Of a stretch of 64,000 nucleotides of DNA, positions 29,130 through 38,477 are shown piece by piece. Under the pieces are notes generated by a model that was not told the origin of the DNA, did not search any database, and was given only the letters and a program-made list of their open reading frames with translations. Location: assembly GCA_910587165.1 (NCBI GenBank), contig CAJUKP010000005.1, positions 5,050-69,049 on the forward strand, written 5' to 3'. The DNA comes from an uncultured Duncaniella sp. Lineage in GTDB: Bacteria > Bacteroidota > Bacteroidia > Bacteroidales > Muribaculaceae. The translations under genes were made by a program, and so were the position numbers. Positions within the stretch are counted from its first letter, which is position 1, and each line of letters starts with the position of its first letter.

Positions 29130-32100
29130 TTATTTTCTTTTTCTATAGGCTACCGCACCTATAATTGCCACGGCAATGAGAGAAACGAGGACAATCAAAA
29201 GTGTGGAACGCGACTTGCTCCCCCTCACAGCCACCGCCACTCCGTTCCCGGCATGATTGTCACCCTCGCGGTCCACGTCAATCCCTCCGGCCATCGAGGC
29301 ACGGTATCTCACGGCCCTGTCCGGTTCGAGAAGAGATGCGGTGAACTCCTTGAGCTTGGCATTGCCGCACACGAATTCGGTGCAAGGAGCGCCGTGACGC
29401 TCGGTGAGCCCGGCGTTGAGCGAGGCCAGACGTTCTGCCTGTTCAGGAGTGGCGTCCCAATACCCCTTCCTAATGCTCTCGAGCATCGTGGCTGTCATTT
29501 CCTGAAGCGCGGCAGGGTTGGTGCGGTCGAAATACTCCTCTATCCCGAGTCCGTGGCAATCCTCCACATATACATCATAGAGATCGTCATATATACTGTC
29601 GCTGAGCGACGAAGGCCTCATCACTGTCCACCCGAAAATGTTGCGGAAGGTCTCACCGAACGTCTGTGCGGTCGATGCCCCTCCCTTCATCCTCTCGCGG
29701 ATAAAGACCGGGTTGAGCACTGTGGCGCGGGTCTCCACAGCCACGGCGTCCTTGGTATCCTGCACACGCGGAAATGCCGGATTGCGGTAGTCTGCCATCA
29801 CGGCATCGGGTTCACGTCCGTCCATACTGCTTACAGCCAGCGACAGCGCACCGGTGAATTCATATACATGGTCAAGCGACAGCGGACCCCATGTGTTGCT
29901 CTGACGGGGCTGCACCATCAGCTCCGTGCCCGACAGCACCGAGCCGAACAGGGCCGGATCGGCAGTACCCCAGTTGTCATCGTCGCCATACATGGCACAC
30001 ATATTGTTGACGAATCCGTCGACAAGCTCGGAGCGGTCGTCCCACTCACCGGAATTTTCCGTATAGCTGAGCATACCGGTGGAATAGCCTGAGTTGACAG
30101 GTCCGAACACCCTCATCACCGACAGGCGCGCCGCCTGTGCCGAATCCACTCCGTTTCCGACAAGAATCCTTTCCTGCCCCTCGGTTGCCTCGGCCACATA
30201 GTTTGGATAGATATCATCCTTGGCTTCCGAAGCCATGCGCACCGCCTCGGTGATGAGCTTCAGCCTCGACCCCGCTATGTCGCGGAGCTGGCCTGACACC
30301 TGCACCATCACATTGACACGCGGACGTCCGAGCTCAGCCGACGGGGTGAGTCTCAGCCCCATCACCCGTCCGTGGCTGTCGCGCACCGGCTCCACACCGA
30401 GCATCCTCAGAGCCTGGGCCACAGTGGCCCCCTCGGTGGAGATGAACTCACCCGCCCAGAATGTGAAGCTCACCTTCCGCGGATAGTCGCCATGGGCAGC
30501 CACATAGTCGCGCAACGTAGCCTCGGCCAATGCCACTCCGTCGCTCCAGGCCTTCTTGCCGGGAGTCGTCTCAGGGTTGACGCTGTACATATTCCTGCCC
30601 GTCGGAAGCACTCCCGGGTTCAGCACCGGATCTCCGCCGGGGGCCGGACGGACCGGATGGCCTGACATGGCACCCATCATGGCGTCAAATTCCGCATCGG
30701 GAGAGAGACGTAGACTCTCATAACATTCCCAGGCGTCCGCGAGATCCCCTCCCGCCGGTCGGCCGGAGGCTATCATGGCCTCTATATCGCCGCGGGCACC
30801 GGACAGATAACGGTGGGCCACGAATCCGTAGTCGCGGCTCTGCTCCTCGCTTATCTTTCCTGCCGAGCAGTCGCGGGCCGCACGGGAATAGGCCAGCGGA
30901 TCAGCCGAGATGGCCACCACCGTTGTGGCAAGGTCGCGCGGTGAATAGGGAGTGCCCATCGTATAATATGCTCCGGTGATCTTCTCATTGGCAAGTTCCT
31001 CCACAAACATATCAGCCCTCCTGAGTTCCTCCGGGGTACAAACGCCCCCGGTAGCAGGGTCAAGACCGAGATCTGTGTGAAACCCCATGGCGACAATCTC
31101 CTCCCTGAGTGCGGGAGTGTTCACAGCCGGATCGGCGATGGCCGCGTGGATACGGCTGATGAGCCCGCTGTACTTTGCCCTCAGTCCGTTCTCAACAAAC
31201 GGAGGCGGAAGATGGCTCACAAGAACCGCGCGGCTACGGCGGCGGGCTATGACCGACTCGCCTACATTGGCGGTGGTGTAGAAATAGAAATGCGGCCGGT
31301 TGCCGATGAGCACATCCGCCCAGTCGGCACGCGAGAGCCCCACATTCTTTCCGGGTGTGAACTCAAGATTGCCATGAGTGCCGAAATGAATCAGCATATC
31401 GGCATCAAAACCCTTGAGCATATAAAGATATGCGGCCAGATAGCTGTGGGGCGGCGGCACATCGGCACCATGAACCATTTTGAAATCATCGTCACCGATA
31501 GCCGGACGCGGCTGCGGGAATAGAAGAACGTTGCCGAATCTCAAGCAGGCCACGGCCAGGCTGTCGCCCCTTGACAACAGCGATCCGGGAGCCTTGCCAT
31601 AGCGAGCCTCCACTTCGGCATACTTTTCAGGCATAAGCACATCACGCGCCCACCCCTCATAAGTGTCACGTCCGATCCACACCGGATGTCCCTCGTCCAT
31701 GAATCTGCTCTGGGCCCAGGGTGCATAGTCACCCATCACCGAACCACGGGACATCACCATCTCACCGAACTCCCGGCAGGTGGCCGGAAGCCCGGTGAGG
31801 TCATATCCCTCGCTCTGCATCCTTCTGAGGAAATTGTATAGGGAAGGTATCACCTCCATCCCCGATGCGAGCAGGGCATCCTTGCCGGGTGACTTGAAAT
31901 AGCATATCGCCACACGTTTACGTGAATTCGGAGTGGTCCGCAGCCGCATGAAACGGTCGGCCTGTTCCACAAACGCGCCGATCCTCTCGCTCTCGGCCAC
32001 AGGGAGCAATCTCCCCTCAGCATCCCGGTCAAGCGACGATATGACCACCGGAGCCATCACTCCGTCGATCTCCGGGAGCACCACCCTCGCGGTCAGCGTC

Positions 32101-33002
32101 CCACCCTCCATTCTCTTTCCGGCATCCAGCCACTCGAGGTGACTCTGGTTGACCGGGAAGGGTGAGAAAACCGGTATGTCATTCCCGTAGATCCATGACA
32201 CGAGCGAGTCATTGCCTATCCTGCCCATCGGCAGATAGATTATGGCATCGGGATGCAGACGGCGCAACATTGACGAGCGGCTCCTCCCGGAGGCCGACAT
32301 CGGATAGACATTATAGCCCCGGGATGTGAGACGTGCTATCATCGAGTCGATATGCGCACGGGTTCCCTCGACCGGAAAATTCACACCCGATATGAGCGCT
32401 ATCCTCATTCCACCCTCATTATGGATCCCCTTGTCCCTGAGATACCGGTCAAGTTCGTCACCGGTGGAGAAGTAACGGCCTTCGTCAGCGTGATAGAACA
32501 TTCTGTCGGGGAGTTCCACCGGTGGTTCCCATCCCTGTGCGCACACCCTGTCCGGTGTGGCCACTGACCGGAGATAACGGAACAGGTTCCGGTAATTGGC
32601 CCCGCACTGGTTGCGGAAATAGCGGTCGAGAGTGGCCACCTGTGTGGAATCAAGATTCCACGAAGCCACGAACGATGGCTTCCGGAGTGTGTTGGTGTAG
32701 ACAGCCACCCCCTTGCGGGCCGCCCTGCCGAGCGATTCCCTCTGCAATGAGTCAAGATAAAGCCCCCTGCCGTAGAGCAACACGGCATCATATCCGTCAA
32801 AGCCTCCGGCATCCTCCATTGCGACAGAAGTGAGTGTCACCACCGCCGGATCGGCGGAGAGCTTCAGCTCCGCCTCCTGGGCCGGAAGCGCGTTGACCAC
32901 GAGGACACGCGTCGGGGCAAACCACACTCTCCACGCCGCATAGCCACCGGCAGCCATGACAGCGAGAAGAACCGCCACAACGGCAAAGGCTTTCCTGCTC
33001 AT
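29130..33002 (-). CDS. CobN/Mg-chelatase-family protein (BtuS/HmuS-like), membrane anchored
   Basis: 'HFGTHGNLEFTPGK', 'PGGDP..NP.VLPTGRN', 'LGRPRV.V..Q.SGQLRD', 'LDHVYEF', 'LESIRKGYW'; hydrophobic N-terminal and C-terminal segments. Confidence 0.88.
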   Translation of the reverse strand: MSRKAFAVVAVLLAVMAAGGYAAWRVWFAPTRVLVVNALPAQEAELKLSADPAVVTLTSVAMEDAGGFDGYDAVLLYGRGLYLDSLQRESLGRAARKGVAVYTNTLRKPSFVASWNLDSTQVATLDRYFRNQCGANYRNLFRYLRSVATPDRVCAQGWEPPVELPDRMFYHADEGRYFSTGDELDRYLRDKGIHNEGGMRIALISGVNFPVEGTRAHIDSMIARLTSRGYNVYPMSASGRSRSSMLRRLHPDAIIYLPMGRIGNDSLVSWIYGNDIPVFSPFPVNQSHLEWLDAGKRMEGGTLTARVVLPEIDGVMAPVVISSLDRDAEGRLLPVAESERIGAFVEQADRFMRLRTTPNSRKRVAICYFKSPGKDALLASGMEVIPSLYNFLRRMQSEGYDLTGLPATCREFGEMVMSRGSVMGDYAPWAQSRFMDEGHPVWIGRDTYEGWARDVLMPEKYAEVEARYGKAPGSLLSRGDSLAVACLRFGNVLLFPQPRPAIGDDDFKMVHGADVPPPHSYLAAYLYMLKGFDADMLIHFGTHGNLEFTPGKNVGLSRADWADVLIGNRPHFYFYTTANVGESVIARRRSRAVLVSHLPPPFVENGLRAKYSGLISRIHAAIADPAVNTPALREEIVAMGFHTDLGLDPATGGVCTPEELRRADMFVEELANEKITGAYYTMGTPYSPRDLATTVVAISADPLAYSRAARDCSAGKISEEQSRDYGFVAHRYLSGARGDIEAMIASGRPAGGDLADAWECYESLRLSPDAEFDAMMGAMSGHPVRPAPGGDPVLNPGVLPTGRNMYSVNPETTPGKKAWSDGVALAEATLRDYVAAHGDYPRKVSFTFWAGEFISTEGATVAQALRMLGVEPVRDSHGRVMGLRLTPSAELGRPRVNVMVQVSGQLRDIAGSRLKLITEAVRMASEAKDDIYPNYVAEATEGQERILVGNGVDSAQAARLSVMRVFGPVNSGYSTGMLSYTENSGEWDDRSELVDGFVNNMCAMYGDDDNWGTADPALFGSVLSGTELMVQPRQSNTWGPLSLDHVYEFTGALSLAVSSMDGREPDAVMADYRNPAFPRVQDTKDAVAVETRATVLNPVFIRERMKGGASTAQTFGETFRNIFGWTVMRPSSLSDSIYDDLYDVYVEDCHGLGIEEYFDRTNPAALQEMTATMLESIRKGYWDATPEQAERLASLNAGLTERHGAPCTEFVCGNAKLKEFTASLLEPDRAVRYRASMAGGIDVDREGDNHAGNGVAVAVRGSKSRSTLLIVLVSLIAVAIIGAVAYRKRK

Positions 33003-33904
33003 AGATTCTCCCTGATGAAATTGGATTTCAGCTCCACGGCATTGAGAGGCTTCTCGCGGAGTCCCTCCTTGATATGTTCGACAAATATGTTTCTTATGGC
33101 CGGGATCTGTCCGAGGCCTTCGATGACGGCGGTGACCTCAAAACCTTCCTTGACAAGCTCTCCGCGCCATTCGCCGTCAATATCGTTGCGGGCATGGTCA
33201 CCGGCAACAAACATGAAGGGGACAAGAGTGACCTTGCGGGCCTTCGCACCCTTCAGACGTGCCAGCACGGTGTCGAATGTCGGATAGCCCTCCACTGTGG
33301 CCACATGGGCACCGGGATGGCCGGCCGAGGAGAGCATATAGTCGATCTGGGAATATATCGCGTTGGCCGGACCTTCGGAGCCGTGGCCCACGAAGACCAC
33401 CGCGCCTTTCCTGTCGGACAATGGGCCGGAATAACGGTCGGCCATGATGCGGCTGACCTCCAGACAGTCACCGACGGAATAGAGCAACGGCCTCCCGACC
33501 CTTATTTCCTTGAAAAACGGCTCCATCATGGCCGCCTCATGACGCAGGTTGGCCATCTCTATGCCATCTATTATGTTGCTGCTCTGCACAAATACATGGG
33601 TGTATCCGTCGGCGGCGAGGCGCAGCAGGGCTTCACGCGGAGTGAGCTTCACGATGCCGCGTGCGGCCAGACGTTTCATCACTATGCGGGAGGTGAAAGC
33701 CTCGGCCACGGTGACATCCGGAAACGCCGCCTTCACGTCAGCGTTGAGCGCGTCGATGGTGACGGCACGGGTGTCGTCGAACGTAGAGCCGAAGTGAACC
33801 ATAAGGATGGCGGCTTTCTCACCGGGGGCCGAGCCGAATCCTTCGGCTCCGAAGGCGGTGACAGCGGCAAACATCATTATTACAGCTATGAAAAATTGTC
33901 TCAT
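32999..33904 (-). CDS. cbiK: Sirohydrochlorin cobaltochelatase CbiK with predicted signal peptide
   Basis: 'ILMVHFGST', 'AFTSRIV', 'VGHGS', 'TVEGYP', 'VAGDHARND', 'GLGQ'; N-terminus MRQFFIAVIMMFAAVTAFG looks like a cleavable signal peptide. Confidence 0.9.
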   Translation of the reverse strand: MRQFFIAVIMMFAAVTAFGAEGFGSAPGEKAAILMVHFGSTFDDTRAVTIDALNADVKAAFPDVTVAEAFTSRIVMKRLAARGIVKLTPREALLRLAADGYTHVFVQSSNIIDGIEMANLRHEAAMMEPFFKEIRVGRPLLYSVGDCLEVSRIMADRYSGPLSDRKGAVVFVGHGSEGPANAIYSQIDYMLSSAGHPGAHVATVEGYPTFDTVLARLKGAKARKVTLVPFMFVAGDHARNDIDGEWRGELVKEGFEVTAVIEGLGQIPAIRNIFVEHIKEGLREKPLNAVELKSNFIRENL

Positions 33905-33926
33905 TATGAATCAGATAAACGGACTA

Positions 33927-33960
33927 TTCCCGGGGTGAAGCAGTAATTCACCACCGGGAA
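33927..33960. other. Intergenic stem-loop between the lipoprotein gene and cbiK
   Basis: TTCCCGG-GGTGAA / TTCACC-A-CCGGGAA; no U tail on the coding (minus) strand, so more likely a stability element than a terminator. Confidence 0.45.
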
Positions 33961-33996
33961 AAGCCTAAGTGCAGAAATAAGAAAAAAATGTTCGTT

Positions 33997-35265
33997 TTAT
34001 TTCACATCCTCCACGACGCGGATCTGCTCGAAGTAGTAGCCGGGAGCCATGGCCGCGCCCTTGACGGTGGTGCGGGTCTTCACGTCATAGATATAGATCT
34101 GAGGATTGGTGTTCTGGGCATCCACACCGACATAAGCCTTGTGGTTCACGTATGCCATGCGTGATGAGAAACGGCCGCCGCTGTAGTCGAGGGCCTTGCC
34201 TTCGAACATGAGGCGTGATGAAACCTTGGTGTCAAGATTCAGCACAGTATAGTAGTGGGAGAATGAGTCGATATTTGTACCCTTCTCGTCGTCACGGGCA
34301 TAGCAGAGCACCTCATCGCCTCCGAGATAGAGGATGGAAATGAGCTTGCCGGGCTCGGAGAATCCGTCGTAGCTCTGCTCAAACGAGGTTGAGTTGGCGG
34401 GGATACGGAGAAGATGGGAATGCTCGTTTCCATCGGCGTCGTCGGACACGGTGGCAATGTAGAGATCACCCTTGTCGGTAACCACGGTAGTGGTCTGGAG
34501 AAGCTCGCCATAGGCGGTGCCCACCATCTCGCAGTCGAGGAAGGTGCAAGGTGTGTTGCTCTCCACGGCCATAGTAGCGGGATTGATCACGGCGGTGAGC
34601 ATGGGGGAGACACGCTTGCCGCGTGAGCCGCCTGATTTGGCATAGTAGAAGTAGAAGAGCTTATTGTCCTTCGCACGGTAAGTGAGGATTCCCGAGGTGG
34701 TGTAGGTGCTTCCACCCTCGGGCATGGTCACGTCAAGTGTGCCCTCGTCGATGATGCTCATGTCATCGGCGTTGAGTTTGGTCCAGATGATGGACTTGGC
34801 GTCGCCGGCGGCCGCCATGATGAGCAGAGTGTTGTCGTCGATCCAGGCATGGGTGTATTTACGGGTTGAGTATGTGTTGGTCTTGAACTGACGCTGGGCC
34901 ACGGGGATCACGCGGTTGTTCTCGATGCGGTATTTGGCGAAACGGTCACCCGACACAGGCACCTGATAGTAATACGCACCCTTGAGGATGGTCTCGAGCG
35001 AGAGAATGGCATTGACCTCGGTGCCTTCGCCCTCGAATGTGATCTCGGGCTGGTCGGCATCCAGACTGCCGAGTGAGCGCACGAGTGTCTGGACGTCGCG
35101 ACCCATGCCGCCGTGACGGTCAAGCGCCACCCAGAGGTCGAAGTGATAGTCGTCGATGAGTGTGGGATCGTCATTGGTCTTGTCATCATCGTCCGAGCAT
35201 GAGGTCAGCACGCACACGCACATCAGTGCGAGGAGCGGGAGATACCAGAATTTAAGTCTTTTCAT
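33997..35265 (-). CDS. Surface lipoprotein, DUF4374-like beta-propeller, partner of the TonB receptor
   Basis: Lipobox LTSC followed by acidic SDDDDK (typical Bacteroidota surface-export signal); beta-rich repeats; C-terminal 'IYIYDVKT....KGA'. Confidence 0.65.
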   Translation of the reverse strand: MKRLKFWYLPLLALMCVCVLTSCSDDDDKTNDDPTLIDDYHFDLWVALDRHGGMGRDVQTLVRSLGSLDADQPEITFEGEGTEVNAILSLETILKGAYYYQVPVSGDRFAKYRIENNRVIPVAQRQFKTNTYSTRKYTHAWIDDNTLLIMAAAGDAKSIIWTKLNADDMSIIDEGTLDVTMPEGGSTYTTSGILTYRAKDNKLFYFYYAKSGGSRGKRVSPMLTAVINPATMAVESNTPCTFLDCEMVGTAYGELLQTTTVVTDKGDLYIATVSDDADGNEHSHLLRIPANSTSFEQSYDGFSEPGKLISILYLGGDEVLCYARDDEKGTNIDSFSHYYTVLNLDTKVSSRLMFEGKALDYSGGRFSSRMAYVNHKAYVGVDAQNTNPQIYIYDVKTRTTVKGAAMAPGYYFEQIRVVEDVK

Positions 35266-35289
35266 CTTTTTTCGAAAATCTGTTTTATG

Positions 35290-37437
35290 TTAATCTATAT
35301 ATATTCTGAATTTGGCATAGACGGCCCTTCCGGGTTTCTGGAGCATATAATTGTCGTAGGCCTTGCGGTCGAAGAGATTGTCGCAGGACAGCGATATGTT
35401 GTAGCGCTCGTCCATCCATGAATAGGAGGCCGAGAGGTCCACTATGTTCTGTGAAGGTATGCGGGCTTTGGACGACACAGCCCCGTAGGCTTCCCAATTG
35501 AGATAATACCAATGGATGTAACGGTAGTCCACGCCGAAACGCAGGCGGTCGGACAGGCGGCTCAGATCGCGCAGCTGATATGACACCCCGGCGTTGGCGT
35601 AGAGCCACGGGCGGTTGGGCACCCTGTTGTTCCAGGTAGCAGATATGTTGCCGTCGCTCTTGTATTTCTTTCGGTTGCGGGCATCGTTGTATGTGCCGTT
35701 GAGCTCCACGGTGAGAGCATTGCGCCATGTGTAGCGCAGCTCCACGTCGACACCCTTGATATGGATGGCCGGCTCGTTGACATACTGCATCATACCCTCC
35801 TTTTCCGACACACGGGCGTGGATATAATTGTCGGTGAAGCGCAGATAGCCCTCGGCCTCATAGGAAAAGACATTGTCGTTGTCGGCATACCATGTGCCGA
35901 ACACCCCGAGGTTGACATTGTCGCTCGTCTCGGGCGAGAGGGCGAGATTGGGATAGACGGTGGTGCCGTTGCCGAGGAGTTCGCGCGAGAGGGGCAGACG
36001 CACGCTGTGTTCGAACGAAGCCTTCACGGCCATTGGCCCGACCACGGTGTAGCGTGTACCTAATCCGCCGCCCCAGTAGCTTCTGGTGGCATCGGGCGCG
36101 ATCTTATCCGCCCCGGTGACAGTGAAATTCTCCTTCTGGCGTATTGATGCCGAATTGATGTAGTTTTTCACAAAGAAAGAGTTCTGCAGACGCTCATCAA
36201 TAAAACTCTGCGAGTAGGTGAGCGAGAGTATGTGTTTCGTCACCACATCGTTCGTAGGCTCGAACGATGTGTCGATCTCGTCATGGCGCTTGTTGCCACG
36301 GCGGTTGAGCATATAGTTGAGCGACAGGCTGTGTCCGGGAACCAACGTATAGTCGGCGCCGGCGTTAACCACCGTGAGCGGGCGGCGGTAGATGCGTATG
36401 GAGCGGGCGCGGTTGTTGATCTCGTTGCCCGTGGCCGGAAGCCATGTCCCGTCCCAGCTGTACTTGCGATAAGCAGTGTCGACAGTCTCGCTCCGGTCCC
36501 ATGTGTGGGAGAGAGTCAGGCGTGTGCCCAGTGCGCCCCACCGCTTCGAATAACGGGCCGATATGTTCCAGGCCTTCGAGTGACGCTCGGCCTCGCCGTA
36601 GACCTTGTTCTGCATGGCTCCGGTCTGCAGCTGCTTGTTGACCTTACTGAACGAGCCCGACACGAAAAACGCGTCAGCCCATGCCACATCGTTCACTCCT
36701 GCCTCCACCTGGGCAATCACGGAGAGGTATGAATCGTGGAACCGGCGGCGGTCGGTGACGATATATTTCTCAACATCCTCGTCCCACACCTCCACATCAT
36801 GCATCATGTAGTCGTTCTTTGAATAGTTGAGGCCGAAAGTCGGGCGCACGGCGATTTTGCTCTTCCCGAGAAAGAACTGTCCGGTAAGGTCGGCCGTGTG
36901 GGTGTGGAACGAACCCGTGCCGTAGCTCGCGTCGAGAAAATTAGTGCGCCTGCGCTTGGTGACAATGTTGACAGCGCCACCCAGCGCATCACCCCCGAGA
37001 TGGGAAGGCACCACACCTTTGTATAGCTCCACCCGCTCCACGGTGTTGAGCGGGATATTGTCGAGATTGACATCGGTGCCCTTTATGTCGAGGGGCACCC
37101 CATCCACAAAATAGCGTATGGAATTGCCCGACAGACCGTTGATTGAGAGATCGTAGTCCGAGCCTATGCCACCCTGGCGGCGCACCTTCACTCCGGCGCT
37201 GCGGTCAACGATTTCGTTGAGGTTGGTGAGCAGATTGACCGAAGGTGTGACGGTGACGGCGTTGACGGTAAACACCCCTTCCCTCACCTTCTGCGCCTTG
37301 CTCTTTCCATAGACACTCACGCTGCCGAGGCTGAGAGTGTCCGAGGACACAGCACCGTTATCCGCCCCCGACACTTCAGATGCCGGAAGTACCAGACACA
37401 GGGTGAGAATAAATATCAAAAAAGAAATCCGGCTCAT
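35290..37437 (-). CDS. TonB-dependent receptor under cobalamin riboswitch control
   Basis: Plug motifs 'GVKVR..GG.GS', 'VDGVP', 'VERVELYKG', 'GGDALGGAVNIVT'; C-terminal 'NLFD...YDNY..QKPGR.VY.KF'. Confidence 0.92.
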   Translation of the reverse strand: MSRISFLIFILTLCLVLPASEVSGADNGAVSSDTLSLGSVSVYGKSKAQKVREGVFTVNAVTVTPSVNLLTNLNEIVDRSAGVKVRRQGGIGSDYDLSINGLSGNSIRYFVDGVPLDIKGTDVNLDNIPLNTVERVELYKGVVPSHLGGDALGGAVNIVTKRRRTNFLDASYGTGSFHTHTADLTGQFFLGKSKIAVRPTFGLNYSKNDYMMHDVEVWDEDVEKYIVTDRRRFHDSYLSVIAQVEAGVNDVAWADAFFVSGSFSKVNKQLQTGAMQNKVYGEAERHSKAWNISARYSKRWGALGTRLTLSHTWDRSETVDTAYRKYSWDGTWLPATGNEINNRARSIRIYRRPLTVVNAGADYTLVPGHSLSLNYMLNRRGNKRHDEIDTSFEPTNDVVTKHILSLTYSQSFIDERLQNSFFVKNYINSASIRQKENFTVTGADKIAPDATRSYWGGGLGTRYTVVGPMAVKASFEHSVRLPLSRELLGNGTTVYPNLALSPETSDNVNLGVFGTWYADNDNVFSYEAEGYLRFTDNYIHARVSEKEGMMQYVNEPAIHIKGVDVELRYTWRNALTVELNGTYNDARNRKKYKSDGNISATWNNRVPNRPWLYANAGVSYQLRDLSRLSDRLRFGVDYRYIHWYYLNWEAYGAVSSKARIPSQNIVDLSASYSWMDERYNISLSCDNLFDRKAYDNYMLQKPGRAVYAKFRIYID

Positions 37438-37632
37438 GGCTGTCTATTACTTTTTCCTTTTCCTGACCTTCCCGGACCGGAAAACAGACAGCAACGAGCA
37501 TTTGACCTCGGTCGGCCACGGCATACCCCACAACAGAGGGTGGGAACGTCCGCACAGGCCACGGGCCATATCCAGGTTGTCTTGTCGTCTTAAAGTCCCG
37601 AAAACGTCAAAACATATACAATAACGGGCCTT

Positions 37633-37816
37633 GGCAGGTCTTCTGACTCATCCCCTCACTCACGCGCCTTCCCACCCCATCCGAGGGGGCAGTGGCTTTG
37701 TGCGGAGTGAGATTTTGAAAAACGGGATTCACAGCAGCGGGTCTGTCCGGGAGTCTCACCCGGTTCCCTTTTCAACGCCCCGTCCCGACAACCGGAACGG
37801 ACAGCGTCACCAAAAC
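37633..37816 (-). ncRNA. Cobalamin (B12) riboswitch
   Basis: Minus strand TTTGGTG...AAAAGGGAACCGGGTGAGACTCCCGGACAGACCCGCTGCTGTGA...GCCACTG...GGGAAGGCG...AGTCAGAAGACCTGCC (B12 box), upstream of B12 genes. Confidence 0.95.
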
Positions 37817-37822
37817 TCGTTG

Positions 37823-37830
37823 CAAAATTA
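37823..37830 (-). promoter_or_regulatory. sigmaA -7 element of the B12 operon
   Basis: TAATTTTG immediately 5' of the riboswitch. Confidence 0.7.
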
Positions 37831-37877
37831 ATGATTAGCATCCATACATCCAAATATTTCCGCCTCAAACAGCAGGA
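37827..37877. repeat. Direct repeat B, copy 1 (51 bp)
   Basis: ATTAATGATTAGCATCCATACATCCAAATATTTCCGCCTCAAACAGCAGGA; 47/51 identical to 38478-38528. Confidence 0.9.
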
Positions 37878-37911
37878 TTTCGAAATTAATTTATCAAATT
37901 GTTTCTTAACC

Positions 37912-38343
37912 TTATGTTCTTCCCTTTTCCTTAATGCCAACTTTTTTCATTTGATTGACAATTCTTTTTCTGGTGGCTCTTTCGGCGGCACGGCGCTCCC
38001 GGCGTGAGAGCATGATCCTCACGGGAGTTTCTTCCGTAAGCGGGGACGCGGGTGACACTGAGGGACTGACCTCAAACTGACCGGAAACCTCGCGGGCTTC
38101 TCTTCTGGCCTTGGCACGGGAGCGGGCGCGTGCAGAGCGCTCCATCGCGCGGGAGAGTTCGGCTCGTATCATATTGAACGCGAGCATTGCCATGGCGTCT
38201 GAGCTCTCCACTTCCCCACCTTCCAAAAAGACATCGACCAGACGGAGGGCCTCTGATGCCGACGAAGGTGCAGATACGAGAGATGACTGAACGCGCGATG
38301 TGATGTCAGCATAAACTTTGCGGGAGACGGGGAGATTCTTCAT
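37912..38343 (-). CDS. Hypothetical basic, helical protein
   Basis: 143-aa ORF with ATG, A-rich leader and TAATTTTG promoter about 30 nt upstream; Arg-rich helices; no family recognised. Confidence 0.65.
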   Translation of the reverse strand: MKNLPVSRKVYADITSRVQSSLVSAPSSASEALRLVDVFLEGGEVESSDAMAMLAFNMIRAELSRAMERSARARSRAKARREAREVSGQFEVSPSVSPASPLTEETPVRIMLSRRERRAAERATRKRIVNQMKKVGIKEKGRT

Positions 38344-38356
38344 GATAATAATGTTT

Positions 38357-38441
38357 CTGATTTTGTTTCTGCAAAATTAATTGTGGAAAATTCCTAAAAG
38401 GTGCGATAATGTCACTCCGTTTGAAAAAAATTTCCCACCTT
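38357..38441. repeat. Direct repeat A, copy 1 (85 bp)
   Basis: CTGATTTTGTTTCTGCAAAATTAATTGTGG...GAAAAAAATTTCCCACCTT; 83/85 identical to 41243-41327. Confidence 0.93.
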
Positions 38442-38477
38442 CCTATCTTTAACCCTTAAAAGTGACAAAAATGGGAG

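Noticed and set aside
29130..33002. Aerobic CobNST cobaltochelatase
   Set aside because: No AAA+ CobS/CobT subunits; the protein has membrane anchors; the pathway is anaerobic (CbiK, CbiD, CbiG). The cobS and cobT in this window are the nucleotide-loop enzymes.
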